From: Phoronis australis | Lineage: Eukaryota; Animalia; Phoronida | NCBI GenBank assembly: GCA_002633005.1 | Contig: NMRA01000179.1 | Location: forward strand, 493,831-557,830 | DNA length: 64,000 nt | Direction: 5' to 3' | Part shown: positions 14,601 to 29,400 of the stretch, one piece after another | Layout: every line of letters begins with the position of its first letter | Position numbering within the stretch: the first letter of the stretch is position 1 | Program-made: the position numbers and the translations under genes | The notes under the pieces: generated by a model | Told to the model about the DNA's origin: nothing | Databases searched by the model: none | What the model saw: only the letters and a program-made list of their open reading frames with translations

Positions 14601-17600
14601 CGATTAACGAATAACTGGTGCTGCATATCTGTAAACAAGCAAATAGCCTAGCCTTCAATAAATGGCACTGTTTTGAAGCATGGCACACCAAACGCACCGA
14701 CAAGCAGTCTCATTTTTACTTGGCGAAATAAATTTCGCCAAGTATGTTGCTCTTCCATCAAGTTTTTTGTTTGTTCGCACGATACAGGTCGCAATTTTCG
14801 TCCGATCATCAAGAAATTTACACATAAGACGTAGTTTCGGAAGTACTGGTAGCTATTGTTTTTCGTCACAATGGGATCCAAGATGACGGATGTTGCGGCC
14901 ATTTTGTTTTCACTTTATGATTCAAATGCTTATGGAGGCTACAATTTTAGCGTACAGTGTTGAATCTCGGCACAATTATTGGAATGGACGTGCGCTAATA
15001 GTATACCGGAAATTGTTTACTTCCGGTTAAAGACGGCGGAAATATCCGCAATCGCGCATGCGCACCTCGATTTGGAAAAAAAAGTTTTCTTCTGTAGAGA
15101 GCGCATTATAGAGCAAATACCTTCAAATTTTTGAAGGTATTAGTTTCTTATGACATGCTATTATACAAATCAAAAAACCCCGGAAATTGGTCTCAAGAAG
15201 GCGGATCCGGCGCACGTTAAACTTCTTTCAGTCGTGCTGGGGTACCATTTTAACGTGAAGAGGAAATGGCATGGAGTTTTGCATGTGGATTTTCTAATGG
15301 AATACTCATTCAAATGAACTGTAACAATTTTTATTCAGACTTACCGTTTTCAAGTTATTTGACTTTGAATTTCTTAAAAAACGCAAAATTTATTTTTTCG
15401 AAAAATTTACGGAACTGTGTGATACTATCAATTTAGATAGAATTTTGGAGGGCTTTCAGAAGTAGAAGTTTTCCATTTTTCGCTATGAAGTCTAATTTTT
15501 GAGTTATTTGAGATTTTCTGATAACGCTGTTCCTTTGTTGAGCGCTCTTGCTGCATTGATGTTGGTTTAGCTTCTATTGAACTAGACTGTAGCCTATTTC
15601 TTATTGATTTATGATATCTAAGTTCGTAATATGAATGTTATAATGTTGTTCATCATCATCATATTTGTCATCTTCGTCATCATCTCCGACGTCGTCTTTT
15701 CTTCAGTTAATTTCGCCAAATGTAGCTCAAAACTGTAGCGTATTTCTTAGTGATTTCTGACCTCTACGTTCGTCATATGAGTGATATCATAACTTGCATT
15801 GTCCATCATCGCCACCATCGTTGTCATAGCTGTCATCTTCGTCATCATCTCTGTTTTCGACTTTTTTGGTCATCTCTAACGTGGTTTTTTGGTTAAATTC
15901 GCCAAGTTTAGCTCCTCGGAGCGCTTTTATTTTACTCATCAACCTACTTTAGTAAGTGCCAAGCGAAGGCAACGTCATCGACAGCGCTAAGCTTTCAGAA
16001 TAATCAAACGAAAATCTGAAATGTACCGATCATGCTTTTTCGATGTCTACATTGGACGAGCAATAGGATGATAGTCTCTGTTCTAGAACCGGGATAGTTG
16101 GAAATTTGTAATTGAAAGGAGAATAATGCAAAAAATATCAATTTTTGGTCACTTTTGGCATCACAATTTTCTGGTGGATGAAGGAAAGAAAAAGACACGG
16201 TACGCTGCATATCTTCATGCTTCATAAATCTTTCTTTTAATTCTCTGTTGTTTCATCAAGTGTTTTAGGCAGAGTCGAAACAAAGGATATTTACCGATAA
16301 ATGACTTCGTGACAAAGTCGAGATCATCCGCTCTACAGGTTGCTTATGTGTTCATGATACATTGACGAACAATTGGATAAAATCTGTTTGCACTATTTTC
16401 ACGAATCAGTGTAACATAAGGTAACACTATAGAGATCCACCCAATACAAACTATTGAACAAGTCATTTGCCTAATGACTGTTCTTCGTATATTTTGAAAT
16501 AGCTCAACGTGAATAACGTTTTCATAACATTTTCGTCCATAATTAAGTAGAGTGGAATATTTACTCTCAGAATTTAACGCGAGCTCACTAATACGTGGGA
16601 AGAAAACATAATATTAAAGGACGTAAACTTAAAATACCAACTTTGTTTGCTCATAGGCATTAAGTGTGACTTGACAGGAACACTCACGTAAGTTCTTGGA
16701 TTTCAACTGAATGGCCGTCGGGGAGAACTTTTCCCAACTAAAAAATAAACGCAAACTGAATGAACTGTTGTGCCAAAGAGCACCCAAGAAAATAACTTAC
16801 ATGTACCAACTTACGTCACTTAAAGACAGCACACTGTAACCGATTCATTTGACATAGAAATCGTGTACATGTAGTCAGTGAAACTTGAAATTGACATCCA
16901 CGACTTACCTCCAAAATAAACCTTGACGAAAAGTCTTGGTACATTTTAGATGAACGATTGCGAAGTTCCTCAACGCAGGTACCCGGTATTCGCATTTCCC
17001 CTTGAAGTTTAAATGTCAACTTTGGGGCTTAAAATGAAATAAAATAAGCAGCAATCTGTCAGCACGAGAATAGAAAAGAAACAGATGATTACTTGATAAT
17101 GCACAAAATCAGAAATGGAACATATTACAGGTCTCCATCATGTTGCACTTAACACAACGACACACCTGTGGTGGTTATTTAAGAGGCCACCGCCATTGAA
17201 GTTTGAACTAAATGATTTTCCACAGGATGCGGTGCATGTTGATCATACAAAAACTGCAAAATTCGACGACAAGTTGACCGAAAAAGGCGATATTTCGGGA
17301 AAGAAACAGTGACTACATGTACTTTCGAAAGAAAAGGCACATTCCTGAGCAGAGTCATCGAATTAAGTAAAGGTTACGAAGCACAACATATCGTATTTTA
17401 AGATCATCTTTGCAAGCCCCTCGACCCGCACACAACAACACCTCCCCTTGACCCACGACCCACGATCCCCTCGACGCACGGCCCACGAAACCCTCGACCC
17501 AGTCTACACAAAGTCTATTGGAGCTGAGCATAGAACAACCGCCGACTTGCAGGACCAACGAGTTAGGCCGTGAACTCGTTGGCTTTTCCCTGTTTTTTGC

Positions 17601-20600
17601 AAATAAGAGAATTGATTCGGCAAGCTTGAAAGCCCAAGACGAAAAATAACAACGCAACCAAATCACATCAAAGGCTACCGAAGTTACGAATACCGTTCTT
17701 GGCAAAGTATTATCATCTCGCTTGCCCTTCAGTGAATGGTTGATTCAAGCTATTTTTGGGGCAGTGCGAGGACGCGACGAAAATTTAATATCTTCAGTAA
17801 ATACAATTTGAAAAAACAAAGTGATAAATAATAAGTGTCTCAACGTTAAATGGAATACATTGTAAACGAGCATACAACAGTAAGCAACCATAAAAAATGT
17901 GAAATCATGTGCATTCACGTTAACCTACATGTACTCTCTCCTGAAGTTTAGCAGGACAGGCCATTGTTAGGCGCTGGTGGAACTGTTTCCGTGACAATGA
18001 TGCACGCTTACAATAAGCTATTTCAGATCATTTTCTTACGCGTCTTTCTGTTTTTAGCCACTAAACCTGAGGCAGAGCAGATTCTCGTGTATGTAAGTCT
18101 GATGGGAAAGTCATTCAGCGACGTAATATGATTATCAAATGGGTAAAAAGATCAAAGATATATCTTACACGTCGCGGGTCGAGGGGGATCTTGAGTCGCA
18201 GAGCTAGGGGTCGTGGGTCGAGGTGGTCACGGGGTGTAGGGGTCGAGGGGGCTTTAGAACTATGCAACTTATTGTCCAGCGGCACGACATGTGCCTACCT
18301 CTTAAATGGCACCAGAAAAACCGAAGACGAAATACCTTTGAAGAGACATAACCACATGCATGACAGTGGTGTTCAAAGTGAGATTAGTGTCATGCAGGGT
18401 TGTGGTTAAATGCCAACTAAGAAACTAAATTGGTGCTATGATAGTTTGATAAGGAATGTCAATTAAAAAAAAACTCATGAATTGTTTGGAGAACATAGAG
18501 GTCTTCCAAATGATTCCCCTCCGAAGTAGAAAGCACCAAAACATGAAATTTGTGTATTGTAGGACTTTGGCGCCCAAGTATTCCGGCGGCAGAGGCAAAG
18601 TAATTTATGAAAGTTTGAATGAAGCACGACGTAACCCGCCGCAAATATGCGGAGCTCGATGATTATGGCACTGCAGCTGCTAGACGTGTTGTCGTTGAAT
18701 AATTTCAAATTATGTTATTTTTCCCCAAAACAATAGATGTGTCGTGATTTCATTACAAAAGCTTTCCTTGCATATGTGCCACTTGTCAATTACATGTACC
18801 TCACAGAAGCTGCTAAGAAGAGAGTCGCTCTACTTTCTTATACCCTCTAATATCGAAATGTGGTTTACCTTCGTTACAAGAAAATTCAGCGGCAACATGC
18901 AATGTTGATCCTTTGCATAAAGAATTGTCAGGAACGTCAACAGAGTCCACCGGGATGACACATAAAGTTTTGGAATCACAGTTTCGTCTTAAATAGCCGG
19001 TCAGGTCGGCGCTGCATGTGGAGGAACTGGTGGTTGAGTTGCTCAAAGAAATATGCGTAGCTTTATCGACTGATATTAACCCGTCAACTTCCAAAGGAGA
19101 TTCACTTGAACAGTTGAGGACCAACATGGTGTTCTGCTGCGCCTCCGTTTTACGTCCTGTGAACGGGAAGTGGCAGGGTCATGTACACTGTCAAATTGTG
19201 CATCTAATACACAGGTAGCTACATGTATTTCTTTAGGACTTGAACTCTACATTAATGGTTGATGACACTTACTGCACACTGGAAGGTCCAACCAATCGGC
19301 TTGGGAAACGTTGCATGTGATTTTTGCAGAACCAATCAGATGATATTTATCCTTGCACTGGACTTGAATAATATCCCCATGGAACAGAGGCTCTGACAAG
19401 TCCACCAAACCATTCCCTATCACCGGTGCTACACATGTCTTTCCTATAGTTTGAAGTGCAAATAACAAGAAAACGCGTTTAACATCACAAATGAAAAATT
19501 TGGGTTTAAGTACGTGTATGTTGTACACAAACTACTGGCAAGTCATTCATGTTCAAACACACGAATTCAGAAGTTAATCTTACGTGAATAATTTTGAATC
19601 AGTTACAAATACTATACGAACAGTTCTGTATGCTAAAATTCCAGAAATTGTCTTGATAGTCTACCAGAACTTTCTACCCATGACCAATAATTAACAAAAT
19701 ATTCGCGACATGCAGCCTACCTGGTGTACACGAAGGTAGAGTCGACCATTTTCCCGTGATTTCACAAACTGCGTAGCTTAGACCCATCATATCATATCCA
19801 CGGTCACATGTGAAATGTGTAACATCGCGGTACTTGGAGATTGTTCTTCTATTGGTGTAACCGTTGGGAATTGAAGGAGGCGCGCAACTTGAAGTAGCCT
19901 CACCAACTGAAACATACCCATAAACAAAATGTCGAACTGGATCAGACTCACTTTAATACAGGATAGCGTTCCGCAATCATCAGTTTATCGCGATAAAGTC
20001 TTCGCTTATGGAATGGAAACCTTAACGTTCCCATAACTCAAGGTTCTTGCCTAGCATTCCATTTTCTCCAAAGACAACCGTATTGGTAGTACATGTATAA
20101 ACGACTATGGTCTCAAGCTTACGCGCGAAGCACTTTCTTTCACTGCTTGGTCAAGCGGTATTCGGTTTAGCTCAGGTGTTTCACATCACGAGTTCAGGGT
20201 CGCGTTTGATAACATGTGATAATAATGGGTATTTCCTGTGTACTTTTTAGATTTACTAAAATAATGCGAACGTTTCAATATCAAATCGTCACTAAAAATC
20301 TGCTCATGAATGGTCACGAACTGTTGGCATGGAGAAATTGTGCTTCTGATTCGATCCTGGCATGATACGAAATATTTCCGATAAGTTATTTATGTATTTA
20401 AGAGTATAACAAGTCCGCTTGCAAGTTCATAATCTAATAAAATGGACAATGTTGGTTTTGGATCATTCATTATAAACTCTAGTTTTGCAAAGTGAAAATA
20501 ATATTTTGACTTAATTTAATTAATGCATACATTTTTTATTTTTTCAATTTTGTCAACCCAAAATTAGCACCTGTCAGTGATGACTAGAGCCCACTCATCT

Positions 20601-23600
20601 ATGGGGAAAACGTGGCAAACCAGTTTTTTGAAAAAGGGGTGAAAAGTCTAAGAAATGGGGGCTTTAGTGTTCTAAGGCAGGATGACAGAGTGTGGGCTAC
20701 GTATGACTACGCAAGATTTGATGGCTCTTGTGACAAGTCATTAATGCCTTATATAATTCAGGTGAACATGTAATTCTTGGGTCATTTTATTCACCTGCAG
20801 ACATTACGCCGTTATGAATAACTAGTAATTCTCTGTGGTGATAATGAAACAATATTCCCCATGCAGAAGCAGGTGCATCTAGGCCACAACCTTATTCCAC
20901 GGAGGCCTACAGAGATAACAGTTCACGTCTTACCTGGAACTAGGGCTGTCTGATTATCAAGTAGCTTCAGGGAGCCCAAATATGACGTCTCGTTAACTGT
21001 AACGATATTTCTTTGCAACATGTCTGTCACTTTGTTGGCATCCACTGATTCATTAAATGTAACATTGTATACAACAACAATGACGTCCCGACACCTAAAA
21101 ATGTCCAAATACACATATGAACGGCATGTACACGTAATACAAAAAATATCGATCTAAACGTTTCGTAAGCTCTAAGACAACACTGTTTGAAACGTGGAAC
21201 ATCTTTCAAAACTTTAAGATGGGTGTCCAGAATTCAATGACGAAAATATTAAAATTCAAATCTAGTTCTATAAATCATTCTAACTATCCCAGAAAGATAG
21301 CGATCGATCTAAGAAAGTCCGATTAATCCGTAAACGAGCATGTAGGTAGCCTTCAATAAATGGCACTATTTTGAAGCATGGCACATCTTTTGGCAACACA
21401 CAATGCCACATTTTTCACGCATCAACCTACCGTAGAGTGCGTCTAACGACTGGAACGCGACAAGGATAAGCTATCGGAATAATCCAAAAGAAATCTGAAG
21501 TTAACCAATGATGCTTTTTCGTTGTCTCCGTAATAACAGCTCTGGGATCCCTTTCTCTGCTCAGGGACCGGGATAGTTCAAAATTTGTGATTTTAGGGAG
21601 AATGACGCCAAAATCGCAAATTTTCTTCAGTTTGAATTCCCAATTTACAGGTTGACGAAACAAAGAACAAGACAAGGTACGTTGAATGTCATCATGCTTC
21701 AGAAATTTTATCAAATGAACTTTTAATTTGATGTCTTTTGAAAGTGTTTGAGACAAATGTATCGTCGCACTTTTCACACATTTCTTATCGTATTACATGT
21801 ACGTCGCTGAATGTCTTCCCCTTAAGATATACCTACACGCAAATCTGCTCTGGCTCAAGTCTGGTGGTTAAAACAGAAAATGGCGGAAGAACATGATGTA
21901 AAATACCGAATTGTGAGCGTGCTATATCCAGTCTTTTGTCAAGGAAATAGTTCCCCGAGCGGCTACCAATAGCCGTTCTAACTAAATGAAAGAGTACGTT
22001 AACGTGAATTCACATAATTTAACAATTTCATTATTTGCTTGGTGTTGCACACTGTATACTCGTTTACATCATACCACATGTAATGTCGAGCTACTTTTTA
22101 GTTAGTTTTTTGTCAAAGTGTATTTACTGAAAAAGTACGTTTTCGTTGGTTCTTCGCACACTCCCAAAAAGCTTGTCATGAATCCCCCATTCACTGAAGA
22201 GCAGAAGAGACGATTACATTATGTAGGTAACGGCATTTGTAACCTATGATTCGATTTAGTCAAGCTGTTATTTTTTGTTTTTAGCTTTCAAATTTGCCAT
22301 TTCGACACTTAATAGCTAAAAGGGGAGAAGCCAGCTCAGTTCACGGCCCGACTCGTTGGTCATGCAAGTCAGCGCTTGTTCTATGTTCAGATGGACTCGA
22401 GCTTTGAGTATACTCATGCTGTTTCAAGGGGTTGAGGGTCATGGGGCGAGGGGGTCGAAGGGCCGAGAGGGTTGTGGGTCGAAGAAGTTGTGGGGGTCGA
22501 ACAATCATTTTCCCACTGCTTGCGCCCAGCATTATGTAGAGTTCAATATTTTCTCCCTGAATTTGACGTAGCCTTCAGCGTAGAACGTGAGCTCAGTAAT
22601 ATGGGGGGAGAAAACAAAATATTAAGGACGTAAACTTCACATGGAAAATTGTTTGTTCATCGTCATTAAGTGTGAAGTGATAGGACCACTTACCTAATTT
22701 CTTGGATTTCAACTGAATGCCCGTCGGTGAGAACTTTACTCAGCTAAAAATGCAAACCAAATGCTCAATTAATAAACCCTTGTGCAAAGAGTACCCACGA
22801 AAATAACATGCCAACATACTTAAAAGAGAGCACACGCGACCGCTGCAGCAGTTCTATTTCATGTAGAAATCGTGCATATGCAGTTAGTGCAAGTTGGAAT
22901 AGACACCAACAGACTTACCTCCAAATTAAACCTTGACGAAAATTCTTGATACACTTTAGTCGAACGATTGAGCAGTCCCTCTACGCAGGTCCCCTGTATT
23001 CTCATTTCTCCTTGAAGTGTGAACGTTAGCTTCGGTGCTTAAAATAAAAAGCAGCGATCTGTCAGAGTGAGAATTGAAAAAAATTAATTGTTTTATATTA
23101 CAGAAAAATAGACATGGATTGCGTTACACGGCTCCATAACGTTGCACTGAATGCAACGACAGACCTTTGGTGGTTATTTAAAGGGCCACAGTCATCGAAG
23201 TGTGGACTAAATATTTCACAGCAAGCATTGCACTGTGATCATGCACATATTGCAAAAATCGACGACAAGGTGATCGAAAAATGTCACAACTGGAGAAAGA
23301 AACATTGTTTGCATTAAGCTTTGAAAGACCAGGCAGAAAGCCTCTCCCTGAGCCGAGTCATCGAAGTAGAGGTTACTAAGATCAATACATCGCATTTTAA
23401 AATCATCTTGGCAACTTTACAGCAAACGACACTGCATGTACTTACCGATGAAGTGTCACTAGAAAAACTGAAGATTAAATACATTTGAAGACACATAGTC
23501 ACATGCATGAGAGCAATGATATAAGTGAGACTAGTGTCATCCATGGGATTAATTACCAAGGAATTAAACTGTTCGGAGATAGGGGTCGTCCAAATGATCC

Positions 23601-26379
23601 TTCAACGAATTAGAAAGTACCAGAAAACATGAAATTCGTGCACTGTAACAATTTGGCGCCCAAGCACTTGAGCGAAAGAAGCGTAATGTTTGAATGAAGC
23701 ACAATTTGGCAAGTAACACGCCGCAGCTATGCACAGCTCAATGATTATGGCTATAGGGCAAAGTGTTATCGTTGGATGATTTCAAATTACTTTTTCCCCA
23801 AAACAATACATCTCGTGACGTGCCACTTGCCGATTATCTTAAACTACATGTAACTGTTTGTAAGGCACGAACTCTACTGTACATTCTTTATACACTGCAG
23901 TTTCGAACGGTGTTTACCTTCATTACAAGAAAATTCAGCAGCAACACGCAATGTTGATCCTTTACATAAAGAATTGTCAGGAACGTCAACAGAGTCCACC
24001 GGGATGACACATAAAGTTTTGGAATCACAGTTTCGTTTTAAGTAGCCGGTCACGTTGACGCTGCATGTAGAGGAACTGGTGGTTGAGTTGCTCAAAGAAA
24101 TATGTGTGGCTTTATTGACTGATATTAACCCGTCAACTTCCACAGGAGATTCACTTGAACAGTTGAGGACCAACATGGCGTTCTGGTGCGCCTCTGTTCT
24201 ACGTCCTGTGAGCAGAAATGGTAAGATAATGTACACTGTCACATTGTTCATCTATTACAAAGTAATTATTTGATTAAGAATTGACGTCTACAATAATGGT
24301 TCAAGACACTTACTGCACACTGGAAGGTCGAACCATTCGGCTTGAGAAACGTTGCATGTGATTATTTCCGAACCCATCAGATGATATTTATCTATGCACT
24401 TGACTTCGATACTCTGTCCGTGCAACAGAGGCTCTGTCCAGTTCACCAAACCATTTTCTACCACTGGGACTTCACACGTCTTTTCTAGTTTCAGATAGAA
24501 ACAATGAGCACAAGGTTTTAATGTGATCAATGGGTGATTCGGGGCAAAGTACACTACATATGTATGTCGAATTAGTAACCTAGGAATAATCTACAATTTT
24601 AAGTAAAGTAACTCTCAAATTCACACTCTCTTAATATGGAGGGCTAATAAGCTGAAATACACTGTATGCACCGTTAACAAAGCGTTTACGCATTTCATCA
24701 GACATCAACAGTCCCTGGCTTGATGGAAGTTTTGTAAGAAACGGACAGCCATGACTAGAGAACCTGAAGTGACGTTTTTTTTTGAAAATTAAGGATGTTT
24801 AAAAGCTTGTGAACTGGTAACTTGGCCATGATCACCAGTTTTGGGTAGTCATATCTGGCGTAAGCAACCATTCTTAAGGCAGTCCAGTTAAATGTACCCT
24901 TCCTTGTAACGTACATGTAACTGGGGAAGTTGCCAAGATTCAGTGGTAGATTAATAACTGTATAGTAAGCTGCACAAACCTAATGGCAATGGAATCCTGG
25001 ACTTAAACCACCTGTAGCAAACAGTGTTTGTTTTACCAAAAATATATCACAGCCATTAGAAGTATTATGAAAAAGTGAAACCCATTTTCTTAGCAACTCA
25101 TGGACAAAATGTGGACATAGCTTTTTGAACAATGTAAAACATGCGTGTAGCTTATGAACGAACCGAAAGGTTTGTAGTTGGTTAGCTAAAGCATGTACCA
25201 GTACAAACGAGTAAATCCAAAGATTCTAAATTGCAAATAAAACTGACAACTACTTCTTTAGCAACGTACGCGTTGAATCTGTCGAGGGAAATACGGCCAT
25301 GTAACAATGTTTTCCGTATTCACCTCCCGCACTACTTGAACAGTGACCTCTGACAATGGAGGTTCAAAAAGTAGGTCAATGTCGACTCGCCGTCGTTAGC
25401 CGGTTAGATCATCAAACTTTCGGAAAATAGCTTAAAAATACAATTTTAGCAGTGTAAATACCACTCAACATGCAACCGTAGCATCTGGAACAGGACTGTT
25501 TTAACAGTCCATAGTATTCCTCGTATCGACCTCGACCTAGCTAGGGTCTCAGTCGATACGCGGAATAATGTCTCATGGGATATTACTTCATGTACGCCAC
25601 TCTCTTTACGTTTTATGTATATGTTTACTAAGTTAGAAATGACATCTTCTGCAAACGTGTTCTTGCAGTAATCGGGCATCTTCCGACATATGCAGTTTAG
25701 TTACTAGCGATATCAGTCATTTTGGTCACTAGCGATATCAGTCATTTAATACAATCGATATCAGTCATTTTTTTACTAATTATATCAGTCATTTTAGTGG
25801 CGAAAATTTGGGAATCAAATACTTTCGAAAGAAAAGACTTTTCCTACCTTCACAATACTCATATTTACCACTGCTTTTTCTAAAGCTCGACATTCATTGT
25901 TCAAAACCGTTGGCTACTTAATTGGCACTTTATTTAAAAATTCTTAAATTATTAATTAGTTATAACATCGTGGTATTAATAAATTTAGTGCTTTGTTTTA
26001 CAGGATTTTTCATGTCGTGCTCTTGACAAAAAGGTCCTGAGTTATTACATACCAACCTCCAGATTATCACACTGGAAAGACGTTTCCGGCGATCATTACT
26101 CGGTACATCTCCAGGCAGTTCCCCGTTTGACGAGAATGCGACCTCAGACGTTGTGCTTGATTTACAGATGCATACACAGATACATGACATACACACCTAC
26201 ACACATACATACATACATACATACATACTTACATTCATACATAAATACATGTATATAAACGTATACATATGCATACATGTATGCATACATATAATAATAA
26301 AAAAATATCTTGTCTTTACATCAAAGTCGTGTTTTTAATGAAATATATATACGAGAAAGGTTACTGCCAAGTTATAGTG

Positions 26380-26411
<32 letters not shown>

Positions 26412-29400
26412 TATTTATTTATTTATACAAAAGCTATGTGAGTGCAAAGTCACGGTTAAAGCAAACGACACATCAATCATACTAAGCCAAAGCCAAAACA
26501 GTCACTGGGAACATTTTGTGGCTGTCAAGCTCAAAAGTGCAACTAACAAAGTTTAACTTTAAGTTGCGATTATCCTCTTTTAAGTTGTCTTGTCACAATG
26601 GCGTAGCTAAGCAAGTTATTTAAGGTGATTAAGTAAACACCATTTTCATAGCAAGATCACCTACAGGGGTTAGATAGATGTGGATATTTGCTTTAATTAA
26701 TAATTATTTAAAATGGTACGCTTAATTCCAAACAAATTCTGCTACAAATTCCCAAATCCTTGATTTAGTTCAACTTTCAAGTATTCTTTATTCATTCAAA
26801 ATTAACAAAGGTGACGCAGTCAGTAAAAGTTTCCTAAGCAGTCACTCACATTCAATTCATTTCTTTCACTATGATTTTTCTTAGGAATTGTCAGTGAACG
26901 TATCTTGTCTGATTTCACTGCGTTAACAGTTGGTATTTTAGTCTCCCGTTGCTTAAGCACTTCAAATAACGAACTGTAATGCCATGGTAAGAAGCGTCCA
27001 TCTATAAATATTATGTCATGTAGATAACTTTGAGTGACACAATACGTTTTGACGAGCACAAGAACAAAAGGTCCTATTCATTAACAATTCCTTCTTAACT
27101 GTTTTTAGGTATTTCAAAACAAAATAGCAGGTACATGACGGAACTAGTTAATATCCATTAAAACTGGATGCAGTGCTTCTTTAGGTGTATGGCAACAAAC
27201 GTAACTTGTACTCGTTTTTGCTAGACAAATACTTCCAGCAACAAAATGTACTTTACCAGTGCAAAAGGGCGCATCGGTCCAGTTGCCTGTAGCCAGACAA
27301 GTTGCTTGTGAGCTACCGCTAAGTTGTAAGTTATCCGGGCAGGAGTAGTTTGCAACAGAAAGGTAAGTTACAGAGGTGTAATCAACGCGAGCGTTTTCTG
27401 GGTTTGGTGGACTTGCACATTCAATTGCTAAAACGAAAACGGCATCACATATCATATCATATTTTAAATTCAACGATAAGTCAGCATTATTGTCACGACT
27501 GTCCCATTACTGAAAACTTGTAAAATATTCGTATGAAAATGCAAACGGAAAAACACTAGCTACATGCATCAGTTCTTTGATGAAGTTTTTGATGATTTTT
27601 TTACATTACGCTTGTAAGTGCTCACACACTTACCACCTTCACACGAACCCAAAAACAGATATGAGTTACCAGACATGAACTGTCACAAGGGAACATACAA
27701 ATGTCATACATTATCGTAACAAGAAAATTATTTTTGGCAACTTATAAAATTGAGTGAAAGTGTTAAGCTTTCTATTATGCAATTGTAGTTTTCGTAGATA
27801 CGTACGCAACTTGAATAATTTCGGTTCTTCAAGTTTGCCAACATTATTAGTTGGCATTGCTTCAATTAAATAAAGATCCGTTAACTAAAAGCTAACCGGA
27901 AAGACTGTGATTTTCTACTGCGGAAATTCGGAAAACCACGAAAACTTTGGTAACCTGAAACTTCCCATGGGAGGTCAACGATATCTGCACATTTGTGAAC
28001 TTTAGTCATATGTCATGTTGTGCAACTTCAAGGTGAAGAATGATTGGCCGTATGACTGAAGTTTGTTCATGCACATATACCTGTAGTGTTGAGGCTGCAA
28101 AATTTCCCAATGTGTTCTGGGTCCCATTCTAAAGTGTCTTCTATATGCACGTGTGCAAGTTTCAGGTATACGACCGATCATTTCACAGTTTCAACTTAAT
28201 AGAACTGTCCGTATTACTAAGTTCGTACATGCAAAGATATTAAACACCTCGAATTTTATAGTGAGGAAAAAATGCAGACAGCAACGTCGGTAATGTGGCA
28301 AAAGCAAAAATACTGATCCATGGATTTGCAGGTTCTATCAAACGAAATTACATGTACCTCTGCACTGGGGAAGAGTGGAGACCTCGCCTGTTACCATGCA
28401 GTATACGATTGAGGGACCATCTAATTCGTAACCAGTTTTGCACGTGATTAAACTTGACTCCCTATAGCCAAATGTCACTTCAGACGACGAATTGCTATTT
28501 CGAATCACTGGCAAGGAACAGTTAATTTTGGTGATATCGACTGCATGCTCTGAAATAAAACCAATGGACTGAACAAGTTGATGAAAAAAACGCTTTTCAG
28601 CGAAAGTATGGAAGTGAGTTTCAGACACTTGAGTTTAAGCGACTGTTAATCAAAAATAACATATCTGCATAGTTACACGTACACAGTTTAAGTCAGTTCT
28701 TAAAATAAACATCAACCTGTGACGCCATGTTCATGTGTGGAATTATCGAGTTGTTTTCACAAGCTTAAAAGCTTTGCCCAAAGAGCATTCACAGTGAAGA
28801 AACAAGATAACTCATTGCTGAACAAAGACCTTGCTAACTAGCGGCAGTAACTGGAGGTTAACAATCGTCATGTTGGTGAGGATGGTGAAGAAAGTGATAG
28901 TGAATATGGTGACGAGTTTGGTTAATGTGACATTTCAAATGATTGAACGATAAAGAAGGGGATGATAAGAGAGATGGCCACGAAGATGACTAATAAGGGG
29001 ACGATAAAATGATGACCCGGATGATGACTGCGATGAAAATGACACGATGGCGATGAAGATGACAAAGATGGGCAATTCTATTTTGACAGACGTACATGTA
29101 TAATTAGAGAACATTGTGCCCAATCGTGAAAAAAGTTTTCATCCTTGGAAAATATTCAATGCATCAATTGTTAGGTCCCACTGATAGCTTTCAATAAACT
29201 TTTCTCCTATCTTTTTATCTGACTTAGAAAACTGTCTTTACATGGGTGCGATAGACTTACGCAGAGAATTTGACTTTTTGAGAAAAAAGGTTTTAACGGT
29301 AATTTTCTGTGAGTTGCATGAAGTTACAATTTTTTAGTTTATATAGTGATTTGATGGAATGCTTTGTAGCGTACACCATACAATTTTTTTGTTGATATTT

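Larger units (their letters stand above)
7960..24484 (-). repeat. Intragenic tandem triplication of a six-exon CCP-SUEL-SEA-CCP cassette (about 5-6.4 kb per unit, introns partly conserved)
   Basis: Exon lengths 171/288/119/50/161(158)/186 recur three times. Introns align, e.g. 23040-23410 vs 17030-17410 and 19444-19720 vs 13011-13275. Confidence 0.95.

Noticed and set aside
25960-26196. Minus ORF with RRKR furin-like site and a good gtatgt donor
   Set aside because: No acceptor/donor pair gives a phase 1-1 open exon; the ORF begins in a CATA microsatellite.
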